Positions 37,550 to 49,330 of a DNA stretch of 64,000 nt are shown piece after piece. The position numbers and the translations under genes are program-made. This DNA comes from Dicyema japonicum (lineage: Eukaryota; Animalia; Dicyemida). The notes beneath the pieces were generated by a model that ran no database searches, was not told the origin of the DNA, and worked only from the letters and a program-made list of their open reading frames with translations. Numbering within the stretch: position 1 is the stretch's first letter; each line of letters begins with the position of its first letter. The stretch spans positions 9,650-73,649 of the forward strand of contig RDEW01000037.1 of NCBI GenBank assembly GCA_011109175.1, in the 5' to 3' direction.

Positions 37550-40380
37550 CATATCAGACAGTAGCACGTCGTCTGCGTATATCAGAGATCTCGTACTCGG
37601 TGAGACGGAGACGGGAAACCGGCCATTAGAATATTAAACAATAGAGGGCTCAAAATTGATCCTTGTGGGACTCCTCTCTTCAATAATATCATATTTGAAA
37701 AATAGCGTCCGCATCTAACATAGGATTTTCTTCCTTCTAGGTACACTTTCACCCAATTCACTAGTTCCTTTGGGCTTCCCATCCGAGATATCTGACCGAT
37801 TATGACTTTGTGGTTAACACTGTCAAATGCTTTTGATATGTCGAGACATCTGACATTCAGGAAACATATGGATTCTCTGTTTTACATAACTTGGAGTTGA
37901 GATAAAATAAGCAATCATGCATGACCGTCCTGGGCGAAAACCAAATTGATCATTTCTGAAGTAGTCTTCTTTTTTCAGCTGATTTGTAAGCCTCCAGAAG
38001 ACAATTTTTTCAATAATTTTTGAAATTGACCGAATCAGGCAGATCGGGCGGTAGTTAGCAGGATCATTCTTCAGTCTCCCTGTCTTCGATATCATCAGTA
38101 CAATAGTCTTATTCCATTCTGTGGAACATGACTAATTTTTATGCTTGCGTTGAAATATCTTTGAGAACTTCGAATAAAATTTTGGGCCTTCTTCGAACAT
38201 CGTAGCTTTGGTAAAATCACTGCCCGGAGCTTTATTCTTGACAGCTTTATTGCTATCTACAGCTCTTCTAGAGAGATTTCTATAAATGCTGTTTTCTCTG
38301 ACAATGGTTCGTAACAAGTCTTTCCGATGACATCATCGTCCACTCAAATATCTTTTTAGTTGTGTTTCAAAAACTAGAGGTATTTCTTCTTCAGCATTGT
38401 AAGTGCCATCTGGTTTCTTGAGCATAATCTTGTTTGCGATTGACTCTGGGTTTCTCACTCTTCGGTATACCATCCAGAAAGAGGGATTATGTGTGTGTTT
38501 AGCTTTCGTAGTTGAGAGTTCCACTTATTCTCATTCCAACTTTTGAATTTTTCCGACAACTGCTTTGTAGTTCGCTGATTTTATGAGACAAGGCTAAGCG
38601 GTCCTGTAGGTCTACGTATCTCCTCAGTTTAGTTCTTAGATTATTTATTTTCAATACATCTTGATGTGCCATGGAATAGGGACAACATTATCGTTTCTTT
38701 AGTATATTTTTCTAGAAAAGTAATCCAGATAGTATAAGATTAGATCCGTTACTCGTTTACTTGTTTTATCAATTTCCAGACGAGTCTTGAGCTCGGTATG
38801 CCCTAACATAAATTCCTTTGCAATGAACATCCTATAGTGATTCCAGTTTAGATTCTTGGTATCGTAACCGACAAAGACTCCAGGTTCATTAATCATTTTC
38901 ATATTAACGGATATTAGCAATGGAATGTGGTCACTGCCAATATTCGGAAGAGTAATTGGTACGTCGGCGTATTCTGAAATAGCAGGGGAAATCAAGAAGA
39001 CGCCAAGCTTGTCACCTCCGTAGGGAGAGAAATAGTTATCTCTTTCGATGTAAGGACTTTTACTCCTAGGCCTGTAGATAGTTTCATCATGAGCTTGCCA
39101 TCCCTGTTACTCTTCTTGCAGCCAAAGGATGTGTCTTGAAGTTGAGATCACCTCCCAGTATAGCCATCGGGTTTTCACTTAAGAACTTTATTTGACAGAC
39201 GATATGATATTTCTTATATACTCGGACAGTGAGGTCGCCAGGTGGAATTTCCCACTAAGCTGTGGACCGTAGAGTATCAATTCCTACTTTTAGTGATCTC
39301 ATCCATATAACGTGCGATCAGTTTGTTTGAAATTAGCAAGTCAAAAGCAATCTCGTCCGTTGCCTTTTGTTTTGATCCCTTCAACAGAATGGAGATACTG
39401 TCGTGGAAGCCGGAGAAATAAAAACAAGGGGAGGAGACGGGGATGTTCTTATCTTTAATAAGGAAATTATGTAGACCGACAAGCCATGACTATTCTCCAA
39501 CGATCAGGCGTGGATACTTTCAGGACCAATCCCTATATTCGATCTTGAGTCAATCAAATTAATAAATTTCTTTCCTTTCGTTTTTTTGAGGAGATAAAAT
39601 GACATCATTATTTCTTCCCACTCATTCCCTTGACTTGCTCGCAAATTTACTAATTAATCAACATTAAACTTAGTTTGTAGTCATCCGTAAAGATCCCACT
39701 CCACTCAGTCTCCTTTTAGATATGACAGTTGACTGATGGCTTTTCTGGATATCTCGAGCTTGCTATCCAGTTCTTTTATTAAATTTCTCTGAGCGACAAT
39801 CTCAAGCTGTAAGTCAGCCACAGAAGCTGCCTTTTCCTTCAATAGCTTACAGAGATCACTGATGTCTCCCACAGAGTTGTTAGATTTAGTCTATAACATC
39901 CAATCATCACGTGAAAGGCGCTTTTTGAATTATTTCATTGAAGCTAGGTTTTCTTTGGAAGATCTTGGTTTAAATATCCGTTTGAATGAATTTCTTATCT
40001 AAAATTATTATTGTGGGTACTAAAGTCTTATGTTTTCGTGATTCCCCTTCAGATATATTTTCATGAATATCAATTGACTGGAGATGTTGTTCATTGATTG
40101 AACTCCGCGAACTGAGTTTACATAAATTCTCACACATTTTTGGATTTTTTTGATATCAGAAAGGTTGAGAAAGACAGATATCTACTTCATATGCCGATCC
40201 TATATAAATTGACTTATAACCTTTTTAGTGATCTCTCTAGTAGCAGTGTCCAGTTTATCTGTCAAAAATGACAACATTTCTGCCAAAGACTTTGAGATTT
40301 TCTTATTTTACATTAACTAGATTACAGTTTCTTCCAATTCCCTTGCAATTTGAAATTTGTAGTTTTTGTCTCTTCCAGAT
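37550..40380 (-). mobile_element. Long family-2 LINE (probable ORF1 remnant, APE and RT)
   Basis: GSDHIPL, YRPICL, QFGFRPGRS, GVPQGSILSPLLFN; the 39600-40380 part is only tentatively ORF1. Confidence 0.75.
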
Positions 40381-40399
40381 CTGGACACACTGAGTGACC

Positions 40400-40498
40400 T
40401 AGCTAAGAAAAGAAGAGCTAGGAGCAAGCTAACTAATTCTCTTATATTTTTTTGCTACACATGTGGGGTCTCGTGAAAGTGCTAATAATAAATTAACA
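40400..40498 (+). mobile_element. Isolated RTE-like 3' tail
   Basis: ctaactaattctcttatatttt...cacatgtggggtctcgtgaaagtgctaataata matches the reverse complement of 58452-58535. Confidence 0.75.
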
Positions 40499-40702
40499 AT
40501 GTAGGTAATTTAACCAAAAGTTTACAATTAAATGAGTACAGTGTGTGTCATAAGTGACCCTCCAGTGGATTAGGTCGTTTCCTGAGAATGGCGGATTAAT
40601 GACGCCTCTTAATAAGAAAGCACAGAACATAAAGGAAACCATTACCCTAATAAATTGATGATTGAATAAATAAGTGATAATTATTAAATTATAAACTAAT
40701 AA

Positions 40703-41830
40703 TTATTGTCGATTCCTCGAATCATCCCCAATGTATGGGTTAGTTCTTCTCTGTTCCATTTTAAAAGGATTTGTGACAATCTCATACGAAGGGGGTTTAT
40801 GGAAGTTTATTGATTGATTATTGAGTATTGAATGAGTATTTGCGATACATGTTGACTGGTCATTGAGTAGTGGAGGTGTATTTGCAGGAAATAATGACTG
40901 GTCATTGAGTAGTGGAGGTGTATTTGCAGGAAATAATGACTGGTCATTGAATAGTGGAGGTGTATTCACAGGAAATAATGATTGGTGATTGAGTAGTGGA
41001 GGTGTATTTGCAGGAAATAATAACTGGTTATTGAATAGTGGAGGTGTATTTACAGGAAATAATGATTGGTCAGGTGTATTTGAGTGGTCATTCCATAATG
41101 GTTGATCATTCCAAAGAGGATCAGTTTGTTCATTAACTATAACAGCATCTGATAAATCAATGAGTGTTGATGTCTTTTCATACTCAGATTTAGAAATAGC
41201 AATAGCTTTGTCCAACATTTTATTTTCCTCATCCAAAGCAGCCTCATATTGTTTGGCCTCATTAATACTAATCTCCATAACCATTTGTATTTGTTTTTCC
41301 TCCTCTTCCACCGATGAAGGAACTGATAACTTTGATACATTCATCTTGGAAATACGAGAGTTATTACTAGCAACAGTCTTTCTTGTATTTATGGCATTTG
41401 AACGTACGTCCATCAATTTATCAGTGTTCTTTAGTAGGGAACAAAGGTAGTACACTTTGGACTTGATATCAAATCCTTTCTCACTTGCAGTCTCCAAATT
41501 CCACGGAGAAACCAAATCCTCTATTTGACTAAGGTTCTCGATACATCGACTTGCCACAAACTGAGACCCTGTAAGAACAATATATGTTAACAAATTCAGA
41601 GTTTTGTTGATTCTATGCCAATTCTTGTTATCATCTGTTATTATTTTCCATACTTTTGACATTATTACATCCAATAAGGCAGAGTCATCTGTCATATCGG
41701 CAATTTCTGACATTAGTGAACTAGAGGCCATCCACGGATCTTTAGAAGTTGCCTCTCTCATCTTTACCTTCGCATTGTTTACCTTTGAATTTCCTGACAA
41801 TAATGATGTTTTGCGAAGAAGGCTACTCAT
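40703..41830 (-). CDS. Epsin-family protein (ENTH domain, two UIMs, 14-aa repeat block, NPF-like motifs); no intron seen
   Basis: KMREATSKDPW, LMSEIADMT, KNWHRINKTL; UIM-like EEEKQIQMVMEISINE and EENKMLDKAIAISKSE; TNPF and TNPY; start placed at the MSSLLRK methionine by analogy to known epsins. Confidence 0.88.
   Translation of the reverse strand: MSSLLRKTSLLSGNSKVNNAKVKMREATSKDPWMASSSLMSEIADMTDDSALLDVIMSKVWKIITDDNKNWHRINKTLNLLTYIVLTGSQFVASRCIENLSQIEDLVSPWNLETASEKGFDIKSKVYYLCSLLKNTDKLMDVRSNAINTRKTVASNNSRISKMNVSKLSVPSSVEEEEKQIQMVMEISINEAKQYEAALDEENKMLDKAIAISKSEYEKTSTLIDLSDAVIVNEQTDPLWNDQPLWNDHSNTPDQSLFPVNTPPLFNNQLLFPANTPPLLNHQSLFPVNTPPLFNDQSLFPANTPPLLNDQSLFPANTPPLLNDQSTCIANTHSILNNQSINFHKPPSYEIVTNPFKMEQRRTNPYIGDDSRNRQ
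40854..41072. repeat. 42-bp coding tandem repeat, five copies plus a partial
   Basis: Unit gactggtcattgagtagtggaggtgtatttgcaggaaataat, encoding variants of QSLFPANTPPLLND. Confidence 0.95.
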
Positions 41831-41927
41831 AGTTAACAAACAAAACAAGTATTTCAATCAATATTTAAATTATTATTTAAATACAGAATATCAATTATTA
41901 GAATATTTTATATAAAATTATATTTTA

Positions 41928-43382
41928 TAGCCCGGTGGTATAGTGGTTAGGTGTCGAGAGTCTGCCGTTATTATAATATGAATGATAGAGTCGGGGTGTT
42001 GCATCTGAAACTGGATGACCTCAACTCGTCGAAGAAATACCTAACAATAATAAACGTTTACACCCCTCACAGTGGATGGCTTAATAAAAACCCTGAGGAG
42101 ATTGATGACTTTACACCAGTCCTTCTGCCGTCTTCTCCAAGTATGCTTTCTCAACATTAGTAATGATCGCAAGAGACCTAAATTCGAAAGCTGGAACCCA
42201 GGTTACGACCGATGAGATATTTATGGGAAGGCATGGTAGGGGGAAAAGAAATCTCCCGGGAACCCTACTAGCTAACTTCTGTCAAACGAACAACCTATTT
42301 TTATGTAATACAGCCTTCATGCATCCAGCCAGACATAAATCTACGTGGTCGGGACACAGAAGGGCGAGTGATAAATATGTACAACCAGATCGACTATATC
42401 ATATGCAGGCAAAAAGATCGAGGGATTATACTTGATGCACGAGCTTATGGTGGATCGATTATCGACAGCGACCACAAAATGGTTATTGCTAGATTTTCTC
42501 CTAAGAGATTTATGGTACTACAAAGAACGAAATGGAAGAACATTGAAACCACAGAACCCAACTCTAGACGTTAAAACTTGGAATCTTAATTGGACAATCA
42601 GAAGGGGCCATAGCATTCAAAGAATATTTGGATGCAGAACTAGAAAACATGCCTACAGATTTGCCGCACGGAAAATCCTGGGATTTTGTAAAGCAGTCAA
42701 TACAAAAAGGAGTAAATCTGCATCTATTGAAAGAAAATGAGAAAATCGCACAATGACATGTACACGGTGAAGGACCTTGCCAATAAACAGAAGACCATAT
42801 GGATGCTATATCAAAATACTGACGATTCGAACGTAAAATCAAATTTGCGGCTAGAAAGAAAAACTATCAATGCAAAAATAAGAAAAACTATACGGCAGAA
42901 TAACAGAAATAGAGCACTGGACCAGATTAAGAAGATATAATCTCTCAAGGACAACGCTAAATTCTACGAGGATGTTAAACATATAAAAGGAAAGAGACCC
43001 CATCAACCGATAATGATAAGAGATGACAAAGGAACGCAGGTTGTGGACCAAAGGGAAGTGGCGGAAATTATCGCTGCCCATTTTGGAAAACTTTTCAATC
43101 CAAGAACGACACTATCATCCTAGAACGAGAAAAATTGGATGAAGAAATCTCACAATATGAAATTGAACTCACGAGTTCCAAGTTGAAAAACAACAGGACT
43201 CCTGGCCCTGACGGTCTCGGTGGCGAATTCTTCAAATATGGAACCCAAAAGCTGTATGAATGCATCGCTAGGATTCTGAATGAATAGGAGGAAGTGGATG
43301 AAACTACCAGTGATTTGCTAACTCGTGTTGCACATGCTTTGTCAAGTCCTATGACATAACGGTAAGTGCTAATAATAATAAA
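41928..43382 (+). mobile_element. RTE-like LINE (partial APE, start of RT, then tail) preceded by about 27 nt of SINE-A head
   Basis: INVYTPH, RDLNSK, NQIDYI, DSDH, KNNRTPGPDG; tail ...aagtgctaataataata near 43365-43382; gcccggtggtatagtggttaggtgtcg at about 41931-41958. Confidence 0.75.
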
Positions 43383-43476
43383 AGACCAGGCCTTCTGGCT
43401 GAACGTAACATCTGAAGGTAGTGGGGTCGAATCTGAAAAATGAAGTTTTCAACGAAGGTCAATTCTTGTAAACAGA

Positions 43477-43659
43477 TTACACCCATGAGGCAACAAGTCC
43501 TCCTGGCACGACAAAGTAGTTGAAAGGGATCCTACTACCATCTCCCAACCAAATTCTCCGGACAAGATAATGAAATACTTCAGCAACATTTTTATATGGC
43601 ATATAAAACATGTGTGTTCCTCGCTCTTTTCCCATTAACCCAAAGTAAGTTGTTTTCAT
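43477..43659 (-). other. Short ORF resembling the proline dehydrogenase C-terminal motif (uncertain)
   Basis: YFGLMG...FYMPYKNVAEVFHYLVRR resembles PRODH YFGQLLGM...KYVPYG.V.EV.PYL.RR; no upstream exons could be assembled. Confidence 0.3.
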
Positions 43660-44380
43660 GGAGAACCAGTGACATCCTCCAACAAGGATTCACACTTTAT
43701 CATAATTTATTTCTGATGGACTCAAAAATCCCAAGTAAACATAAAGAATGTTGCTTTTAAAGTTTATCCAGACAGTTGTTCGACAAGATCTGTTCGACCG
43801 ATTAATCAGTTGGTTGGAGTTAATCGATTGACTGAATGTACTGAAAGTCACTCAGTACGTTATTAAATTGACGAATTCTACATCTTCCTTGACAAGAAAT
43901 AAATTATTGTGCCCAACCAATGAGAAGTCGTAAGGATAAGCCAAGCAAGTCATTTTTCTTTGGCTTAACCCCACCGAATCCAGTTGAGTTATCGCTGTGA
44001 ACGTCCTTTTCAGGCTATTACTTTCCTTTTAGTGGCTGGACATAACTCAAATCTTTAATTATCAATAAACTAAGACAATACTTTGCCGCAATGAAGCATT
44101 GTAACTTGTGTCCTGATTAAACAGAATTGAGTTTAATGACTGTGGTTAATGAAACTAATTTTAATTAACCTTTTTCAACAAAAAAGTTTATTACTGAATA
44201 AAACATATATTTGAACACTTAAAACTCATGTTAACTCAACACAATCAGGATAAACTTTACTGAAGTATCGTAACTTATTTCTCTCATTTGAGTGATTCCT
44301 AAGGTGTAACGTGAATGATCACACAGAATTCCCAAATTTGTATATCAGAAAAGTTAAATATAAAAAATATATCCTTAATA

Positions 44381-45406
44381 TTAAGAAAAATTATTAAAAC
44401 ATTTATCAGACCCAAGAAAACGGAGGACACGTGCAACAACTTGTGTTGGTAAAAGACTAATAGTGATAAAAAGCATACTAAAACAAAGGAATTATCAATT
44501 TGAAAATATTTGGAATAATAATTTCACTTTTCTGAGTGATAATGCCATCATAAATAGTAATAGCAGTTTCTTCTACCTTCAATGGAGGTGGAAATGGTGG
44601 ATGTCTATATATTATTATTATTGTCACTTTGCTGAGTCAAACATCCCCGTTCTAATCAAATAGGGACAAACTAATGTAAGGGAAATGACATTCTCCAATT
44701 CTTGACAGACTAATTCTGCTTTAAGAGAGTTGTGTAGTCCGATAAGAGATGATTTGCTTGCAGAGTATGCAGATAAGTGACACATCCCACTATACCCAAG
44801 CAGACTACCCATAGTGACCACGTGACCAGATCCACGATTTATCATAAAAGGTAGGAATTCCCCAATTATCTAAAATGCCAGAAATGACCTACTAAGAAGT
44901 GTGCCATTACATTGACATCAAAAATATGTTTAACTAGACCAAAACACGTGTCATCAACATAATGAGGATATACTACAGCCGCGTTGTTTATTACAATATC
45001 AGGAACACCCAGAGTTTCTATAATCTTATATAAATCAATTACAAACATTTTTGCATGTAATTTCTAACTTGGTGTGGTCGGCCAAGTCCACGTGGTAAAG
45101 AAAGACGGAAGACTCATAATAATCAATTCCTTTGCAATCAGTGATTAGTTTTACGGTGTTTTGTAGTCCTTTAAAGTCAATATCCAACAGAATAAGAAGA
45201 GATCCATTTTTTGCAAATAACAAAGAAAGTTCTCGTCCTAAACCATTTGCTATGGATTTTATTTTTATATTACCAGCCCCTGTTAGTAGTACAAGTTTGT
45301 TTGTCACGTGCTTTCTCGTGAGAAAATAATCATTTGTGAGAAAATTGAAAATTGATGAAGCAACAAGCTTCAAGACATCACAAATGAGGGAGATTACCTC
45401 AAACAT
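44381..45406 (-). CDS. Short-chain dehydrogenase/reductase, SDR16C (retinol dehydrogenase-like), about 303 aa, intact after splicing five introns
   Basis: TGAANGLG (after splicing), NNAAV, catalytic S and YSASK, VCPY.IRTGMF; introns 45250-45273, 45025-45046, 44870-44892, 44605-44627, 44457-44478 give 912 coding nt. Confidence 0.92.
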
Positions 45407-45475
45407 ATAATAATATTTAATTTTAAATAATTTTAAAATATTAAAAAATTATATCTCCAAGTAAATTAACAAATT

Positions 45476-47053
45476 ATGATTTCGTTTAACATTCCAGACA
45501 GGTATAAATGATATTCAAATAAAAGTAACTTTACGAATGACCTCGACGCTATTTTTTACTGTGTGATAATTCTGAGTGTTTTTGCGGGGACTTTTTCAAA
45601 CTGGAAATATCAGAAACGCTGTGGCAAAAGTGTTTTCGACACTACTACTATAATAAGATGGATTATATACGTGTCTAGTGCCCTTGGAAATTTTATGTTT
45701 TTAATGTTACTATCATTGTTAATACATGTGCTAACAAACAAGGTAGTTACTGTGCCTATATTAGTACGATCCCTCATATTTAGAGGATAATATCAAAACC
45801 ATCCTCTATATTTCATTTGGAGGGAATGTTATCGCAATGTTGAACATTTTATATGAACAGACTGAAGTAAGGAACATTCTTCATCGATTGGGAGAAACCC
45901 TACAAAAATCTACCCGTTTCTGTTTGGAGAAAGAACTTTCTGGTAAACGAATGGAACGAACTTATTAGTAAAAGGAGGACAAGTCTAATTGTGAGAATTA
46001 TGGGAGTAATTATATTTATTATATTCTAGACATTAATAATATTCCAATATATCTGCTTTACTCCTAATACTGTCAACTTCAAGACAAACTACAATATGAC
46101 TCTGAGTTGTGTCAACATGGTTGAAAAGAATCCCAGTTTCATTATGGGAATTACCATTCTGGCTTTTATTTTCATTCTCATTGGTTGGTTCTGCTTTTAT
46201 CCCAGGAATGGTTCAGTTAATCCTTAACTTTTTCATTATTGAGCGATTCTTCACTCACCCAATTCTTTCGTATATCGATCTTTGTTCTGTCTCAAACATT
46301 AGTGTCCTTATTATGAAAAACAGTTTATACGGATATTACATTCACGGAAAATCTATTCACGGAAGCTCTGATACGAATATGCAAGGGCTTGCTCAACAGT
46401 TTGAGAACGAACAGGTCCCTTTGTTGATTTACTTTCAGAAAGATCTTGTCTCACAAAGGGGACTTGTGGGTAGTAGTGATCTCCAAACATTTGAAGTCAT
46501 TCTAAATGAAAAGGCATACCAGCAAATCATCACAGTTTATGAGAAACAGGTGGAGGACATGTTATTATAGAATCTATCAAACTCTACTGACAGGTCCAGA
46601 GTTTATGAAATAGGAGATGAACTTAATTATTTGTTAACTCAGTTTTTCAGTCATGTTTTGATTTTGAGATATTAATTAGAGTTTGCGGGGGGCTGACTTT
46701 ATAATACAAAATAAGACTTTGCCAGAAATTTTGTTAAACTATGAAGTAACTGAGAATTTAAACATTTCCACGTTATATCAAGGTTAGTTTAGGTTTTTGA
46801 ATCATAGATCCTCGACAAACGTTTACAAAGTCAATTCTTTATGGAAAGTCCATTCAAATTTTAGTCTTTGAAACAATAACAATTTCGTTTTTGGTGTATC
46901 TTGGGACTGGTTTCGAGTTTTCTTTGATTTGTACGTACATAATTTCCCAAGTCTCTGTTTTTTGTAGTTTAGGTGTTTGTCAAAGTCTTTGGGGCCATCA
47001 GCAGCCAAAATCTTGTCAGAAAAACCTTCGTGGACAAACGATTTTTGATTTAA
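45476..47053 (+). CDS. TMEM67: Meckelin (TMEM67/MKS3) homologue, transmembrane and cytoplasmic half only (about 455 aa); nine introns; one apparent +1 indel near 45870
   Basis: FFIDWEKP, PVSVWR.NFLVNEWNE, IDLCSVSNISV, YGYYIHGKSIHG.SDTNM, SQRGL, QNLVRKTFVDKRFLI*; introns 45502-45525, 45743-45764, 46006-46029, 46184-46205, 46415-46438, 46550-46570, 46655-46679, 46783-46807, 46951-46972; start codon less certain. Confidence 0.88.
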
Positions 47054-47149
47054 TTTATTTAAATTTGATTTTATGGTGGCTTTAGTCTATACAATTATAA
47101 AATTTGTTTAGATAGCCTTTTAAAAAATATAATTTAATATTAATATGTA

Positions 47150-48540
47150 GAGAGTTAGTAAGAGTCCTAGAGGACACAAAGGATATAAGTATCTGGGTGT
47201 TACCAAAACTCAAAGTCCCTTATAAAACCAGAGATAAACAACAAATCACTGAAGGCATTCGTTGAAGACCAACGTTATTATGTAAGACATCTCTAAATGC
47301 AAGGAATTTGTTCCTGACATTAAATGAGTATGCTGTCTCGCTGTTAAACTACTACATAGGTGTTGTGGAGTTTGAGCCCAAAGAGTATGATGAGATGGAT
47401 GTTATGATCCGTGGAGTACTCAGAAATAACCATGTCCATGTGCTGGCATCCAATAAGGAGAGACTATATTTTAAATTCGTCCATGGACTGAGTTGAGTAG
47501 TCCAACTATGCACGATACATTGATAGGTAGGTCAAGTGTGTCTTATAGGAAGAACGCCATAATAATGACCGAGAAAACATGAAAAACTCACTTTTTTGTC
47601 TACTAAGTATGGTGTTGATGATGGTGGGCTAGTAAATGTAAAGGCGTTGATCTAATTACTAATTATTATTAAAAAGCACTTTCACATAACCAAAGATCGT
47701 TATATTAACTAAGGTCCCGTTAGTGTCACACGTTTCACAATCTGCTTCACTAGGCGTCTCCATCGCCCTCTGCTTTGCGCATCTGTCTTTAGATCTTCTA
47801 GGTCTTTTGCAGATTTAAGATTTCATTTAATCTTATTAAGATCCTTGATTTCATTTAATCTTATTAAGATCCAGATCCACGGGTAGAGTGACTCTGGGTC
47901 TTCTTCTGAATGATAATTTGTTCTCATTGTTAAAGTAATTGTCAGGAGTCTTCATCTTCTACTATGCAATAAATATGGTATTCGCCTAAGGTGCAATCTG
48001 TAATAGAGAACACCAGAGTATAAAATCAAGGTAGAGAGTGTGATCCGAACCTCGGTGCTTGTCAAGCACAATAAACTGGACATTGTGGTACACGATAAGG
48101 AGTCTGACCAAGTCCTCATCATAGAAGTTGGTATTACGTCTCAAGACTGTCTGCAGACCGTGGAGAAGGAGAAAAAAGGAAGTATGACTTGCTTGCAAAC
48201 GAGATGGGGCAGATGCTTGGTTGCAAAGTCCTTGTTGTTAAAATAGTAATGATGTGAGAAGGAATTGCAACAAAGTACCACAAGGGTTTTCTAGAATAGA
48301 TAGTGGTAGATAGGAAGCTCCAAGCCTATCTACAGTCAGCTGTATTAAAGCAGACCCTAGAGAGCCTGACACTGGTGTGTATGAGGCAGAGCCTGGAGAT
48401 ACCATATGGGAAGAGGTTCAATCAGACAAGACGATCTCGCAGTTGTTTCAGCAACCAGAATCGATCCTGCCTGTCAACAAGCAGACGATAAATGTTGTTG
48501 ACTATTATATATTAACTTTTTTGTTGTTGGTTAAATAAAG
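47150..48540 (+). mobile_element. Third R4/Dong-like element (3' half, decayed), interrupted by an RTE fragment
   Basis: YKYLGV, LNEYAVSLLNYY, KERLY, HNKLDIVVHDK..IIEVGITSQD. Confidence 0.8.
47655..48000 (-). mobile_element. RTE-like 3' fragment with a local duplication of about 28 bp
   Basis: RRRPRVTLP and DLEDLKTDAQSRGRWRRL on the minus strand; tail gtgaaagtgctttttaataata; gatttcatttaatcttattaagatcc twice at 47819-47872. Confidence 0.65.
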
Positions 48541-48599
48541 TGAAAAATTTTATAAGTTTAAATTCTTAAGTTGATATTGCGGTTCAACTATCAGCTTCA

Positions 48600-49330
48600 T
48601 GTGCTCCACCATCGTTGGTGGTGCCAGATATAATCCTAAATTATATCTAAAAATGACCATTAGTCAACAACCATAAAGATGAGTTCCCCATGGACGCCAT
48701 CAGCTGAATTTTTTTCATTCTGGCTAATAGATTTAAATTTAATAAGTTGTGTTTTCGTCCTGATACCGTTAAATACTCGGATATTATGTTGAGTTCTTAT
48801 AACAGGGGTTTAGACAACAGAAACTTAACTTCTCCAAGAGAAGGATAGTTAGCCCAATCGGTCACTATGGAGACTCCTTCACGCACTCGTTCAAATACTC
48901 AGAAATTAAAAAACGGCGCAAACAATAAGATATCCCATCGAGCAGTGATGGAAACAACAAAGTCCTGTATGTATCGCGAAAAGTCCACATGTTTGCAAAT
49001 CTTCATAAAGGATGTAGAATGCATCGTCTTCGAAATGGATTCCAACACCTTCGATCAAGGAAGCATTGATCCACGCTTGATCTCCTAGCAACCGGACAGT
49101 TACTCCGGTTTTAATTTGAGTTCTTGAGTAATCCCACAAATTTAATTTCACACAGTAAAGATCTCTGTTTCGATCGTCTAACTTGATGATGCTCTGTATT
49201 TTTAGTCTCTAATCGTTCTTAAGCGTGTCTGACTGCGTGTCTATTCGCTCTCACGATGGCGAGTGAGATTAGCTCAAATAACCAGCAAGCTCACAGGAAT
49301 CTCCTGATTGTGTATAAATCCGACTACCTA
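48600..49330 (-). mobile_element. Possible highly decayed Merlin/IS1595(ISXO2)-like transposase remnant
   Basis: EGVSIVTDWANYPSL resembles the PG(S/T).I.TD.W..Y..L motif; neighbouring pieces are only loosely similar; no TIR identified. Confidence 0.35.

Noticed and set aside
40854-41072. CRISPR array
   Set aside because: The units are contiguous with no unique spacers and are in frame within the epsin CDS
48850-49151. DNA2 nuclease/helicase fragment
   Set aside because: Only vague similarity (ILYEDL, CLRR) across frameshifts; a decayed transposase fits at least as well and neither is secure
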